The translations under genes were made by a program, and so were the position numbers. Shown here piece after piece: positions 13,940 to 27,517 of a stretch of DNA of 64,000 nt. The notes under the pieces were generated by a model. It made no database searches. It was given only the letters and a program-made list of their open reading frames with translations, and had not been told where the DNA came from. Positions within the stretch are counted from its first letter, which is position 1; each line of letters starts with the position of its first letter. Origin of the DNA: Eledone cirrhosa (taxonomy: Eukaryota); NCBI GenBank assembly GCA_964016885.1, contig OZ024741.1, positions 116,808,001 to 116,872,000 on the forward strand, read 5' to 3'.

Positions 13940-14385
13940 CGAGATTCATGGACTAGTTCTCTCCAGCAGTCTCTGTCCTTCATCATCGCTTTTATGTCCC
14001 ATATTCCCGGAGACCAGTGTCTGTCCTTAGGACATCAACATGTCATCCTTAGTCTCCCTCTCCCAGCGTGTCTGTGTAGGAGCTCCCACAGGACCACTGA
14101 GTGCAGTGTCAGGTCTGAAGGTCAGTGAGCATGTCCAGCTAACCTCAGTCTCTTCTGTGTCACTTTCGAGCTGACTTTTGTGAGGCTCCCGTACAGATCT
14201 GAGTTCTTCATCCTCAGTGCATAGTGGTTTAATGTTCAGGGCCATCCTCAGCATCCCTGTGTGAGTCTCTTGATAAGTTTTGAAGTCTCAGACCTGTAAA
14301 GTGGCACAGACTTCACAGGGACGGAACTTCAGGTCTTTATGAAGGTCCAATTTCCACACTGACCTCAAACTGATCATGCCACCCA
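13940..14385 (-). mobile_element. Degenerate RTE LINE 3' fragment
   Basis: MLRMALNI...RRLRLAGHAH...LHSVVLWE-like blocks on the minus strand, with frameshifts. Confidence 0.6.
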
Positions 14386-15743
14386 CTAATATATATTAGT
14401 GCTAGTTTCGGCTAGTTACCTCTTCTAGCCTCTAGATGCTTGCAAAGTTTTCATGTTTTAGATTACAGGAAATCTACCTGTCAGTGACTTTGTATAAGTT
14501 ATTCTATATGTATATGCTTCTCTGAATTAAATATATTTTAGTAATCTTTTCTTTGAGATGTTTTGTATATTGATGACAAATAACCTTATATATATATATA
14601 TATTAGATATCACTATGAATTCTTGAAAATATTTAAATCTAACTCCTGTATTTCTTAGAGAGAAAAAAACACTTTGATACCTCATTTGTGAAATTTGGAT
14701 GAATATTTTAGGAACTATGACAATTTGAATGATCAGTGAATTGGTCAAAATCCTGCCTAATTAAGCCTAAATGAATGATTAGCCATATTTGTGATGTCAT
14801 ATCTTTGAAACTGAAATAATAATCATCTTCAAATTACACAAATTAATAGTGTCCATCGGATAGCAGTTGCCTATTTTTTTTCAGATTCTTGAAAATGAAA
14901 CTGTTTTTGGGGGTCAATTTTTACATATTTATGCTAAGCCTATTTTGTTGCACATAACAAACAGTTGACTTTGTTACGCGAGCGCAAGCTTTTTTATGTT
15001 TTCAGGCCTAGCTAAATCCAAAAGTACAAGCCACAGGGACATGAGGTTTTGGAACATTTATAGTAGATATAGCATTAAATAAATTGTGAGATTTTGGGAC
15101 ATGATACCATTTCAATAAAATTTTAATGGACTATTAAAAATGGATATAAACAATTAAATTACGGTGATTAAAGGCAGTCGTGGGCTTTTCATGCACTTTG
15201 AAGTATGGCTATATTTTATCTATAGGGTCTCAGTTTTGATACACTTGTACAGTGTATTATATCGACACATTATATATATATATATATATAAAATATATTA
15301 TATATATATATATATTAATAATATTATATATATATCAAAAGATAAAGACCCCCTTTGGTCACAAATGACCATGGGATTTGCACCTAGGAAGTTCCCCTCC
15401 GAGGCACAAGTCTGGGCAAGGTTGTTTGTGGAAGACCAATAATCGTCCATGCATAGCTTTTACCCTTCTCGATGCCACCAGTGTTACCCAAGGGAAAGGC
15501 AATGGCCATTACAGCTTGGCACCAGTCATGACACAACTCTACAGCTGAGTAAACTGGAGCAATGCGAAATAAAGTGTCTTGTTCTAGGACACAATGCATC
15601 ACCTTGCCCAAGAATCAAAATCACAACCTCCTGAGTGCAAGCCCAATGCGCCTGCATTTATATATATATTTATTATATATATTGTATATATATTATATAT
15701 ATATTGTATATATGTTATATATGTATTGTGTGTGTATATATAT

Positions 15744-15781
<38 letters not shown>

Positions 15782-15824
15782 ACAATAGTAATAAATGGAA
15801 AATATCACTATAGCATCATATTTA

Positions 15825-15880
15825 TTTTATTATACATATTTCAAGGATACTAAATTATAGTATGCTTTCATCAGATAAAA
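15825..15880 (-). ncRNA. Minimal type I hammerhead ribozyme motif
   Basis: ttttat CTGATGA aag-c-atacta(taatt)tagtat-c-ctt GAAA T atgt ATA ataaaa. Stem I is 6 bp perfect and an AATAAA follows. Confidence 0.8.
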
Positions 15881-16121
15881 TACAATATTTGAAGTATATG
15901 ATAGTGACATACCCAAAAAGCATACTACAATTTAGTATCCTTGAAATATGTAAAATAAAATAAATATAATGCTATAGTGATATTTTCCATTTATTACTAT
16001 TGTTAATATTATAATACTCCAGATAAAATTTAGCTGTAGAGTGTTTAATATCTGTTATGAACATAACTCTGTTGAATACTTATCAACAAATCATATAACT
16101 CATTGTTTATATATATGTATA

Positions 16122-16460
16122 TCATTTCATCATTTCATTTCATTTTACGTCCACTTTTCCCTGCTTGCAAGGGTGGGACGGGAACTGATGCTGGCTTGAT
16201 TTCTACAGCTGGATGCCCTTCCTAACACCAACCTCATTTACAGTGAGTGCTGGGTGCTTTTTTGCCGTGGCGCCTACACGACCACTTTACAGTGGAATGA
16301 TAGGGACCGCAGTCCCTATCATCTCATTTCTACAGCTGAGTAAACTGGAGCAATGTGAAATAAAGTGTCTTGCTCAAGGAAACAACACATCACCCGGTCT
16401 GAGAATTTAACTCACAACCTTTCGATTGCAAGGCCAATGCTCTAACCACTAAGCCATGTG

Positions 16461-16462
<2 letters not shown>
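16122..16462 (-). mobile_element. tRNA-headed SINE with RTE-like 3' tail
   Basis: Head ggcacatggcttagtggttagagcattggccttgcaatc. Tail shares ggatgcccttcctaacaccaacc with the RTE 3' UTR. Other copies at 27921-28240(-), 28785-29225(-) and 30602-31033(+). Confidence 0.75.
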
Positions 16463-16537
<75 letters not shown>

Positions 16538-16952
16538 CAGATATATATATATATATAATACAGATATATATATATATATAATACAGATATATATATATAT
16601 ATATATAATACAGATATATATATATATATATAATACAGATATATATATATATATATAATACAGATATATATATATATATAATACAGATATATATATAATA
16701 CAGATATATATATATATATAATACAGATATATATATATATATAATACAGATATATATATATATATAATACAGATATATATATATATATATAATACAGATA
16801 TATATATATATATAATACAGATATATATATAATACAGATATATATATATATATAATACAGATATATATATATAATACAGATATATATATATATAATACAG
16901 ATATATATATATACAATACAGATATATATATATATATATATATATATAATAC

Positions 16953-16992
<40 letters not shown>

Positions 16993-17064
16993 CAGATATA
17001 TATATATATATATAATACAGATATATATATATATATAATACAGATATATATATATATATAATAC

Positions 17065-17098
<34 letters not shown>

Positions 17099-17163
17099 CA
17101 GATATATATATATATATATATATATAATACAGATATATATATATATATATATATATATAATAC

Positions 17164-17201
<38 letters not shown>

Positions 17202-17224
17202 CAGATATATATATATATATATAT
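16463..17224. repeat. Compound satellite [(TA)n ATACAGA]n
   Basis: Repeated ataatacaga unit with variable TA spacers. It explains the spurious YI-rich ORFs here. Confidence 0.95.
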
Positions 17225-20200
17225 CATCATCATCATCAACGTTTAACGTCCGTGTTCCATGCTTGCATGGGTTTGGACGGGGGTAGTCCCACTTGAGGCA
17301 AGAGTGATTGTCTTGCTCGCATAGGACTGTCTGGCAGGTTTTCTACAGTTGGATGCCCTTCCTAACACCAACCACATTTACAGTGTGGGTCTGGGAGGTT
17401 TTTACCGTGTTGCCTACACGGCCACATTACAGCGTGGACTGTGTGTTTTTTTGTCGTGACACCTACACGATCTCATTTGTTTCGGCCTGGATGGCGCGGC
17501 ACCAACATAACTTTACATAGAACGGGGTGGTGTGGATGGGGTGGGGGTGGTGGCGGGACGGGGTGTATTTTGTTAGAGATGCCTACTGGCAAGGCGGGTC
17601 TTCTCTGTTACTGAGTACCGCCAAAGGTCTCGGTCCAGTGACATTGTCTTGGAGAGGTGTAAGTGTGTGAGGTCGGAGTTTATCAGCTCATCCCAGGTTT
17701 TTCTAGGTCTGCCTATTCCGTGGCTACCGTCTATCTTTATTGCCCTGCACTTTGTTATACAGCTATCGACTTTCATGCGCATCACGTGTCCATACCAACG
17801 CAGCCTTCTCTCGAGTAAACAACATCTGATCCCTCTTATCTCTAATTTTTTCCTTAGTTCGTTTATGCTTTGCCGTTCACGTATATTACTGTTACACATC
17901 CAGCGGAGCATGCAAGCTTCGTTCCTCTCTAGTCTGCGTATATCCTCTGCACACAATGCCCAGGTCTCACTACCATGCAACATTGCTGTTCGTATGCAGG
18001 CATCGTACAACCTGCCTTTCATTTTTAGGGAGAACCCTTTAGCAGCTAATAGTGGTATAAGCTCTCTGAACTTTTTCCAACCAGTTCTGACTCTAGCTAC
18101 AGTACTTTCAGAGCACCCTCCTCCACTGCTGATTTTATCGCCCAGGTAACGGAAGCTGTCCACTATTTCTATAGAACCCTCTGCGCAATTGAAAGAGCTA
18201 GTATTTTGTGGGTACTTGCTGCTACTTATTGCACCAGAACACCGGCCACATGTAAAATCTATGTTCTTAGTTAGCTTACCTGTGATCCCACTACATCTTT
18301 TATGCACCCATACTTTGCATTTAGGACATAAAATGGAGTTTCTACCTACGCCTTTCCTACACACCGAGCACGACCATTTCCCAGAAGGGACCGCCGCCTT
18401 GTTTTCTTTCCTACAAACTAGAACTTTGGTCTTAGCCAGGTTAATTTTAAGTCCTTTTGACTCTAGGCCGTGCTTCCATGTTTGGAATTTCTTCTCTAGC
18501 TCGGCCATTGATTCCACTATGAGTGTCAGGTCGTCTGCGTATAGGAGTTCCCATGGGCAGCCTGTCTTGAACTCCTCTGTTATAGCCTGAAGGGCAATAA
18601 TAAATAGTAGGGGGCTGAGAACAGAGCCCTGATGGACGCCAACTTTTACGCTAAACTCTTCACTATATTCGTTGTTAATTCTAACCTTGCTGACTGTTTC
18701 TTTATACATGGCTTGTATAGCCCTCACAAGCCATTCGTCAACGCCTAGTTTTCTAAGAGCCCACCAGATAATGGAGCAGGGAACTCTGTCGAAGGCTTTC
18801 TCCAGGTCGACAAAAGCTAAGTAGAGGGGTTTACCTTTAGCTAGGTACTTCTCCTGTAGTTGTCGTACTATGAAAAGAGCGTCTGTGGTGCTTTTGCCTG
18901 ACACAAACTCGAACTGCATTTCATCTAGGTCAATTCTCTCTCTGATTAGTTGCGCTATTACTTTTTCCGTGACCTTCATGACCTGGTCGATTAATTTAAT
19001 GCCTCTATAGTTACTCCTATCTAGGGCGTCTCCTTTACCCTTATAACAGTTAACGATGATGCTGCTATGCCAGTCCTTCGGAACAACCCCATTCTGTACG
19101 ACTTGGTTAACTATGCGGGTGACCATGGTGTGTCCCACCGTGCCAGATGCCTTCAGCATCTCAGCAACTATTTCCGAAGGCCCAGCCGCCTTACCCGTCT
19201 TCATATCCTTGATTGCCTTACTTATTATACTCCCCTCGACTAACACTGCTGGTCCCTCTATTGGGTCGATATGGGGGAGACTGTCTTTCTCCCATTTATT
19301 CTCCTCATTTAGTAGCCTTTCATAGTGACACTTCCAAGCTACCTTCTTATCAGTGTCGGTGATGGCAAGTATGCCATCATCGTTAAGTACACACTTCTCC
19401 CCGACAATATCACGGTTTTCCTTGACGCATTGCCTAGCAATCCTGAACACTTCACGTTTTTGGTCATCGCGTTGTAGAACATGCTTGAACTTTCTTTCCT
19501 CAGCTTCCCTTCTTGCTAAGTACACTTCTCTCCTAGCTTCCCTCCTGGCCACTTGATAGTCTACTCTACTTCCCCCGTCCCGCCATACTTTCCAAGCCTG
19601 CTTTTTGGCCTTAATTGACCCCTCCACCCTACTGTTCCACCACCATGTTACTCTCCTCCTGCCTACAGGCCTGCTCCAGCCACAGACTTCGTCTGTCGCC
19701 AACAGCAGGTTTGCTTTCAGAAATTCCCACTGTCCCTCTATATTGTCCGATTCTAGATGCTCTTCCTTACTGTCGAAAGCATCAAGTAATATGCTTTGAA
19801 ATTTATTTCTGGCTGTGGGGTCCTTTAGTTTCCATATTTTCCTCCTGAGGATAGTCCTCTTCTGCTGTCGAGTACGTCTCGTCCTGACTATGAGGTCGCT
19901 AATTATCAGTCTATGTTGGGAGGTGCATTCTTCATGGGGGAGGGATTTAGTGTTTACAACAGACACTCTGTCACGTCTTCTGGTAAGGATATAATCTACC
20001 TGGCTTGTGTGTTCCCCGGATCTATAGGTGATCAGGTGATTGTCACGTTTTTTGAAGTTAGTGTTACAGATAGTTAGGTTATTTGCAACACAGAATTCCA
20101 GGATTCTGGAGCCTTCCTCATTTCTAGTACCAAACCCATAGCCTCCATGGATTTCGTCGTAGCCGTCACAATGTTGTCCAACGTGACCATTTAGGTCGCC

Positions 20201-20409
20201 TGCAATAATTATATAGTCACTGTCAGATATTTGGGAGGTAGTTAGCAACAGTGTCTCATAGAATCTGTCTTTTATAGTGCCGGGCAGTCCGGATTGGGGT
20301 GCGTACGCAGATATTACTGTCACCGTAGTTCTATTGAGGACAAGTCGTATTTTAATTATTCTGTCGTTCACTCTATTTACGTCTATTATCTTATCTGCCC
20401 ACTTTTCTG

Positions 20410-20412
<3 letters not shown>
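17225..20412 (-). mobile_element. RTE-clade LINE, 5'-truncated, uninterrupted ORF (APE-RT-PHD finger), 3' UTR and (GAT)n tail
   Basis: ORF 17573-20412 has APE motifs (SAYAPQ, GDLNGHVG, DYIL), RT motifs (YRGIKL, FVDLEKAFD, GVHQGSVLSP, YADD, FRYLG) and C4HC3 CSVC..C..C...VHKRC...CGRC. Confidence 0.97.
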
Positions 20413-20462
<50 letters not shown>

Positions 20463-20463
20463 C

Positions 20464-20508
<45 letters not shown>

Positions 20509-20524
20509 TATATGATATATATAT

Positions 20525-20558
<34 letters not shown>

Positions 20559-20573
20559 ATATACGTGTAATAT

Positions 20574-20968
20574 ACAGTAATATACGTGAACGGCAAAGCA
20601 TAAACGAACTAAGGAAAAAATTAGAAATAAGAGGGATCAGATGTTGTTTACTCGAGAGAAGGCTACGTTGGTATGGACACGTGATGCGCATGAAAGTCGA
20701 TAGCTGTATAACAAAGTGCAGGGCAATGAAGATAGACGGTAGCCACGGAATAGGCAGACCTAGAAAAACCTGGGACGAGCTGATAAACTCCGACCTCACA
20801 CACTTACACCTCTCCAAGACAATGTCACTGGACCGAGACCTTTGGCGGTACTCAGTAACAGAGAAGACCCGCCTTACCTAAATACATAGTAAAATCTACT
20901 ACAGCCAGTAGGCATCTCTAACAAAATACCCCCCCCAACGTTAAACGTTGATGATGATGATGATGATA
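20574..20968 (+). mobile_element. Inverted 3' fragment of the same RTE family, with the 3' UTR internally deleted
   Basis: Near-identical reverse complement of ~17570-17892. Ends in aacgttaaacgtt(gat)n. Confidence 0.92.
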
Positions 20969-21179
20969 TAGTAAATATATATATATAAATGAAGGTGCAT
21001 TGGAAGCTTGTGATTTCGATTCTTGGGCCTGGTGATGTATTGTGTCCTTGCGCAAGACACTATATTTCGCATTGTTCCAGTTTATTCAGATGTAGAGTTG
21101 TGTTGTGACAGGTGCCAAGCTGTAATGGCTATTGCCTTTCCCTTGGACAACACTGGTGGTGTGGAGAGAAGAAACTGTT

Positions 21180-21275
<96 letters not shown>

Positions 21276-21758
21276 TATATATATATCATCATCGTTTAAC
21301 GTCCATGTTCCACGCTTGCATGGGTTTGGACGGGAGTTTTCCCACTTGAGGCAAGAGTGGTTGTCTTGCTCGCATATATATATATATTTATTAAAATAAC
21401 AGATTAAAGTTTAATCACAGAATCACTGCTTTCACCCTTAACAGGATCTTCTGAAACTAAAAAATATCAATCTGTGGATGCAGAAGTAAATATCTTGAAA
21501 AAAACGTTATAACCGAAGGAAAACAGGAAGACGATACTTTGGTTTGTGAAGATGTTCCCTGGCAATGAACAGAAAAAAAAACAAGGATAATTACGTCGTA
21601 ATGTGGAGCGATGAGAACAATTTCATGAAAAGTCAAAAACACGTTTATGGTATAAATGAAGTCATTAGACTAAAATTAATTTAGAATAACTGAATGATTC
21701 TCAGCTCTGGAGTTAAAGAATAATGTAAATAATAATAATAATGTAAATAATAATAATA

Positions 21759-24700
21759 AGAAGGAAAGGGACCAGAACCAACTGGACGAAAGAAATGAAT
21801 AGAGCTGTTATGCAATGTTACCTGAAGAGTAACCCCAAGGAAAAAGGCTATAGGAAACGGATGCATAACATCTGGAACGAGATTGGTCTATTTAAATTAG
21901 ATGAACAAAAATTGGCCGGGCAGGCTCGGGTAATAAGAACTAATGGGTGGATAAGCGAGCTGGAACTGGAGGAACTGAGCAGAGAGATTAGGTTGGAAAT
22001 GGAGAGTGGAGTATGCCAGGCAAACGAGCCAGTAGGAAATGAAGGTGAAGAGGTTGAGAGAACGGAGGAACCATCCGAAGCAGACAATGATCTGAATGCT
22101 GAAATAAATAATACCTGGAACAAAGATACGGCCATTGAGGAAATGAATGCTGACGGGCTAGGACAAGATTTGGTTGATATCCTAAACTTAGTGGTAGATG
22201 AAATGAACAATGATAGTGGGAAACCTATGAACCTAAGATTTGTAGACAGGAAAAAGTTAAAAGAAACAAGAGCTAAAGTAAACAAAGTCATCCCATACCT
22301 TGAGGCGAGGAGCCTTCACCAATGCAACAATATCCTCAAAGCAACAGAAAATGCGGTGAGGAAATTACTTGGCATAAAAGCAAGAGGAAACAACAAACAA
22401 GAAAGATCAGAACCTTGGTGGAAGAAACGACTGAATGGTCAAATCAAGGAAATGAGAAATGACATTGGAAAGCTTGAGTCCCTACTGAATGGGACACTAA
22501 AAAACATACACACTAAATATAGACTGGAAATACAAAACTCGGAGGAAAAAGTTAAATATTATTATAGAGGAACTGAAGCTACCCATTGTAGCAAAGAGTG
22601 CAAAAATTAGGCGATACGAGAGCAGAGTCAGTCAGTATAGACAGAACCGCATGTTTGACAACAACCAGAAGATGTTTGGACAGCTTGAAGGGAAAGAAAG
22701 AGGCAACGACTTGATCCCTGAGGTGGAACAAACTAAGACATTCTGGAGAGGAATATGGGAGCAGGATGTTAAACATAATGACCAGGCAGTCTGGATTGAG
22801 ACAGTTCAAAAGGAGATTGGTGAACAAACACACCAACATAGCTGAAACTCTTGAAGGGCAGGCCAAAAAACTAACCAACTGGAAATCACCAGGCCCAGAT
22901 GGTGTGCAAGGGTATTGGATTAAAAATATAACGTCCCTCCACCCAAAACTGACAACCATGTTCAATGACTGCTTGATGTCAAGTGAGGTTCCAGAGTGGT
23001 TGACAAAAGGTATCACAGTTCTGGTAATGAAAGACCGAATCAAGGGTAATGATGTTACCAACTATAGACCTATCACATGTCTGTCTGTAATGTGGAAACT
23101 GTTGACAAGCATTGTGTCTGAGGAAATCTACCATCACCTCCACACAAACAACTTGTTACCGGACGAACAGAAAGGGTGCCGAAAGAAGTCCCGTGGTACA
23201 AAGGACCAGTTACTTATTGATAAGATGGTAATGAGGAATTGCAAGAGGAGACACACTGGTCTTGCCATGGGATGGATAGACTACAAAAAGGTATTTGACA
23301 TGGTGCCTCATTCTTGGATCACCAAAAGCCTAGAGATCTTCAAGGTGGCAGATAACATCAGACAGTTGTTGAGCAAAAGTATGAAGTCCTGGAAAACAGA
23401 GTTAACATCAGCTGGAGAATCCTTGGGAGGCGTGAAGATCAAGAGAGGTATCTTCCAGGGAGATAGACTCTCCCCTCTGTTGTTTGTCTTGCCCTGAGGC
23501 CCCTGACCATTATACTGCGAAAAGTGAGAGCAGGATACAAGTTGGGAAAAGGAGAGCTTACCATCAATCACCTCCTCTTCATGGACGATCTTAAGCTCTT
23601 CGGGAAGAGTGAGAAGGAGTTGGATGTGCTTGTTGACACTGTCCGTATTTTCAGCAATGATATATGTATGCAATTTGGTATTAGTAAGTGTGGTGTCCTT
23701 GTGATGAAGAGGGGTAAATTGAGCAGAAGCAACGTAATCCAGGTACCAGCAGGTGAGATGATAAAGGAAATTGACACTGAAGAAAGATACAAGTATTTGG
23801 GTGTTCTGGAGGCTGATGACATCAAGAACAAAAACATGAAGGAATTGATAAGATCTGAATACATTCGGAGAGTAAGGAGCATATTAAAGTCACATCTGAA
23901 CAGTAGGAATGCCATAAGTGCAGTAAATTCCCGAGCTGTGTCTATTATTAGGTACAGTGCTGGAATTCTGAGATGGAATGTTGCCGAACAAAAAGAAATA
24001 GATAGGAAGACCAGGAAGCTACTGACTATCTACAACATATTCCACAAGAGGAGTGATGTCGATAGACTCTACTTAAGGAGATCAGCATTGAGGACTGTGT
24101 TCAGATGGAGAAAAACAACCTACACAAATACGTGACTGATAGTAGGGAGCCAATGCTCAGAATTGTACTGAAGGAGAGGACAATAGACCAGGGGATGTCC
24201 AAGGAGGAAATAACAACAAGGAGAAAGAGCAACCTTCATGAAAAATCCCTTCATAGTGCCTTCTTTGAGAAAACTGAATTCAGAGATCCACAGACATGAA
24301 ACTGGTTGAAAAAAGGAGACCTTAAAAAGTCTACAGAAGGAATGCTAATGGCTGAGCAAAAGCAGGCCCTCAAAACGAAGTGGCTGAAACACCATATTTA
24401 CAAGGAGGAGGCTAGCCCACTGTGCAGGATCTGTGGAGAGAGAGAGGAGACTGTGGCTCACATTGTATCTGAGTGTAAACACCTAGCCCAGACTCACTAT
24501 AAAGGCTGGAGACATGATGTGATAGGCAGGCTGATCCACTGGCACCTATGCAAAGTAAACAATTTACCACATTCTGAGAAGTGGTATGAGCATAAGCCAG
24601 AGTCGGTGATAGAAAACGATCAGGTGAAGGTGCTGTGGGATTTTAGGATACAGACGGACAAGAAACTGGAACACAATAGACCTGACCTGGTGGTTTTTGA

Positions 24701-25098
24701 CAAGGAAAAAAGATTGTGCCTGATTGTGGATGTGGCCTGCCCATTCGACACGAGAGTGCAAGAGAAGGAGAGGGAGAAAATTAACCGATACCAGGACTTA
24801 AAGTGGGAGGTAAAAAGGATTTGGAACTGCCATGAAATCAAAGTGGTCCCGATTGTCATAGGCGCACTAGGTACTATCTCAAAGAGTTTCCATGGATGGT
24901 TAAAGAAAATTGGCCCAGCCCCGCTTTTTGGAACACTTCAAAAGGCATGCTTGCTGGGAACAGCAATAACCCTCCGATACATCCTGAATATCTGAGGCTG
25001 CAGGTAGTGGCTTGATATTCATTTCAACAAACTTTCCAGTTAATCATCATCAATGACTGAGACTCAAAGAACAATAATAATAATAATAATAATAATAA
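21759..25098 (+). mobile_element. Dong/R4-clade non-LTR retrotransposon (RT + CCHC + restriction-like endonuclease), frameshifted
   Basis: [78 protein letters not shown]...IVDVACP...EKINRY. Flanked by (TAA)n, the known Dong target. Confidence 0.95.
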
Positions 25099-27310
25099 AT
25101 GCTGCTTGTGTTGGAAGAAGAAGAAGGAATGGGACAAGAACCAACTGGATGAAAGAATTGAATAGAACTGTCATGAAATGTTACCTGAAGAGTAACCCCA
25201 TGGAAAAAGGCTATAGGAAACGGATGCATAACATCTGGAACGAGATTGGTCTATTTAAATTAGGTGAACATTGAGGAAATGAATGCTGACGGGCTAGGGC
25301 AAGATTTGGTTGATATTCTGAACTTAGTGGTAGATGAAATGAACAATGATAGTGGAAAACCTAAAGAAATAACAGCTAAAGTAAACAGAGACATCCCATA
25401 CCTTGAGATGAGGAACCTTCACCAATGCAACAATATCCTCAAAGCAACCGCAAATGTGGTGAAAAAATTACTTGGTATAAAAATGAGAGGAAACAACAAA
25501 CAAGAAAGATCAGAACCTTGGAAGAAACGACTGAATGGTCAAATCAAGGAAATGAGAAAAGATATTGGAAATCTTGAGTCTTTACTGAATGGGACATTAC
25601 AAAACATACACACTAAAAGTGGATTGAAAATAAAATACAAAACTATGGGAAAAGAGCTAAATGTTATCATAGAGGAACTCAAGCAACACATTGTAGCAAA
25701 AAGTGCAAAGATTAAGCGCTATGAGAACAGAGTTAGTCAGTATAGACAGAACCGCATGTTTGAGAACAACCAGATGTTGTTTGAACAGCTTGAAGGGAAA
25801 GAAAGAGGTAATGACGTGATCCCTGAGGCTGAACAGACTAAAACATTATGGAGAGGAATATAAGAGCAGGATGTTGAACATAATAGTCAGGCAGTGTGGA
25901 TTGAGACAGTTCAAAAGGAGATTAGTGAACAAGCACACCAACATAGCTGAAACTCTTGAAGGGCAGGCCAAAAGACTAACCAACTGGAAATCACCAGGCC
26001 CAGATGGTGTGCAAGGATATTGGATAAAAAATATAACATCCCTCCACCCAAAACTGACAGCCATGTTCAATGACTGCTTGGTGTCGGGTGAAGTACCAGA
26101 GTGGTTGACAAAAGTACCACAGTTCTGGTAATGAAAGATCGAATCAAGGGTAATGAGGTTACCAACTATAGACCTATCACATGTCTGTCCATAATGTGGA
26201 AACTGTTAACAAGCATTATGACTGAGGAAATCTACTATCACCTCCACATAAGCAACTTGTTACCGGACGAACAGAAAGGATGCCGAAAGAAGTCCCGTGG
26301 TACAAAAGACCAGTTACTTATTGATAAGAGGGTAATGAAGAATTGCAAGAGGAGGCATACTGGGATAGATAGATTACAAAATTACAGGGGATGTCCAAGG
26401 AAGAAATAACAACAAGGAGGAAGAGCAACCTACATGAAAAATCCCTTCATAGTACCTTTGAGAAAACTGAATTCAGAGATCCACAGACATGGAACTGGTT
26501 AAAAAGAGAAGACCTTAAAAAAGCTACAGAAGGAATGCTAATGGCTGTGCAAGAGCAGGCCCTCAAAACGAAGTGAGTGAAACACTATATTGACAAAGAG
26601 GAGGCTATCTCACTGTATAGGATCTGAGGAGAGAGAGAGAGAGGAGATTGTAGCTCACATTGTATCTGAGTGTAAACACCTAGCTCAGACTCACTATAAA
26701 GACTGGAGACATGATGTGATAGGCAGGGTGATCCACTGGCACCTATGCAAACTAAACAATTCACCACATTCTGAGAAGTGGTATGAGCATAAGCCAGAGT
26801 CGGTGATAGAAAACGATCAAGTGAAGGTGCTATGAGATTTTAGGATACAGACAGACAAGAAATTAGAACACAATAGGCCTGACCTGGTGGTTTTGGACAA
26901 GGAAAAAAGATTGTGCCTGATTGTAGATGTAGCCTGACCCTTTTACACAAGAGTGCAAGAGAAGGAGAGGAAGAAAATTAACAGATACCAGGATTTAAAG
27001 TGGGAGTTAAAAAGGATTTGGAACTGCCATGAGATCAAGGTCGTCTCGATTGTCATAGGAGCACTAGGTACTATCTCAAAGAGTTTCCATGGATGGTTAA
27101 AGAAGATTAGTCGAGCCCCGTTTTTTTAACACTTCAAAAGGCATGCTTGCTAGGAACAGCCAGAACCCTCCGATACGTCCTGAATATCTGAGGCTGCAGG
27201 TAGCAGCATGATATTCATTTCAACAAACTTTCCAGTTAAATAACATCAATGTCCTAGACTCAAAGAAGAAGAACAACAATAATAATAATAGTAATAATAA
27301 TAATAATAAT
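25099..27310 (+). mobile_element. Second, internally deleted Dong/R4 copy in tandem
   Basis: Co-linear with copy 1 but lacks most of the RT (jump near 26360-26385). Same 3' UTR and (AAT)n tail. Confidence 0.93.
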
Positions 27311-27381
27311 TATTATTATTATTATTAATATATATATATATATTATATATAATAACAAAATTATGGTTTTTATGTTGGCAG

Positions 27382-27517
27382 TGTAAATAGAACACAAGTT
27401 CCGAATCTGTCTGCATTAAATTTCCATCCTATCGGAATAATGGATAAGACGGACATTGTCTACAAGTCAAAGTTTATGACACTGTTAGATATACGCAAGT
27501 TTTTACATCACTCAGAG
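27382..27517 (+). CDS. METTL24: METTL24-like methyltransferase, exon D (VNRTQVPNLSALNFHPIGIMDKTDIVYKSKFMTLLDIRKFLHHSE)
   Basis: ttggcAG acceptor, GTaagt donor, 136 nt phase 2 to 0. FH.IG and TL..I...L.H motifs are those expected after FDP in this family. Confidence 0.85.

Noticed and set aside
16463-17224. Regular repeat-spacer pattern resembling a CRISPR array
   Set aside because: The spacers are only variable-length TA runs, the context is eukaryotic and there are no cas genes.
17649-19848. Several 60-166 aa + strand ORFs
   Set aside because: They are antisense shadows of the RTE ORF.
21541-21580. GTGAAGA tgttc...gaaca GAAA upstream of Dong
   Set aside because: C3 is missing and there is no stem III or cleavage triplet.
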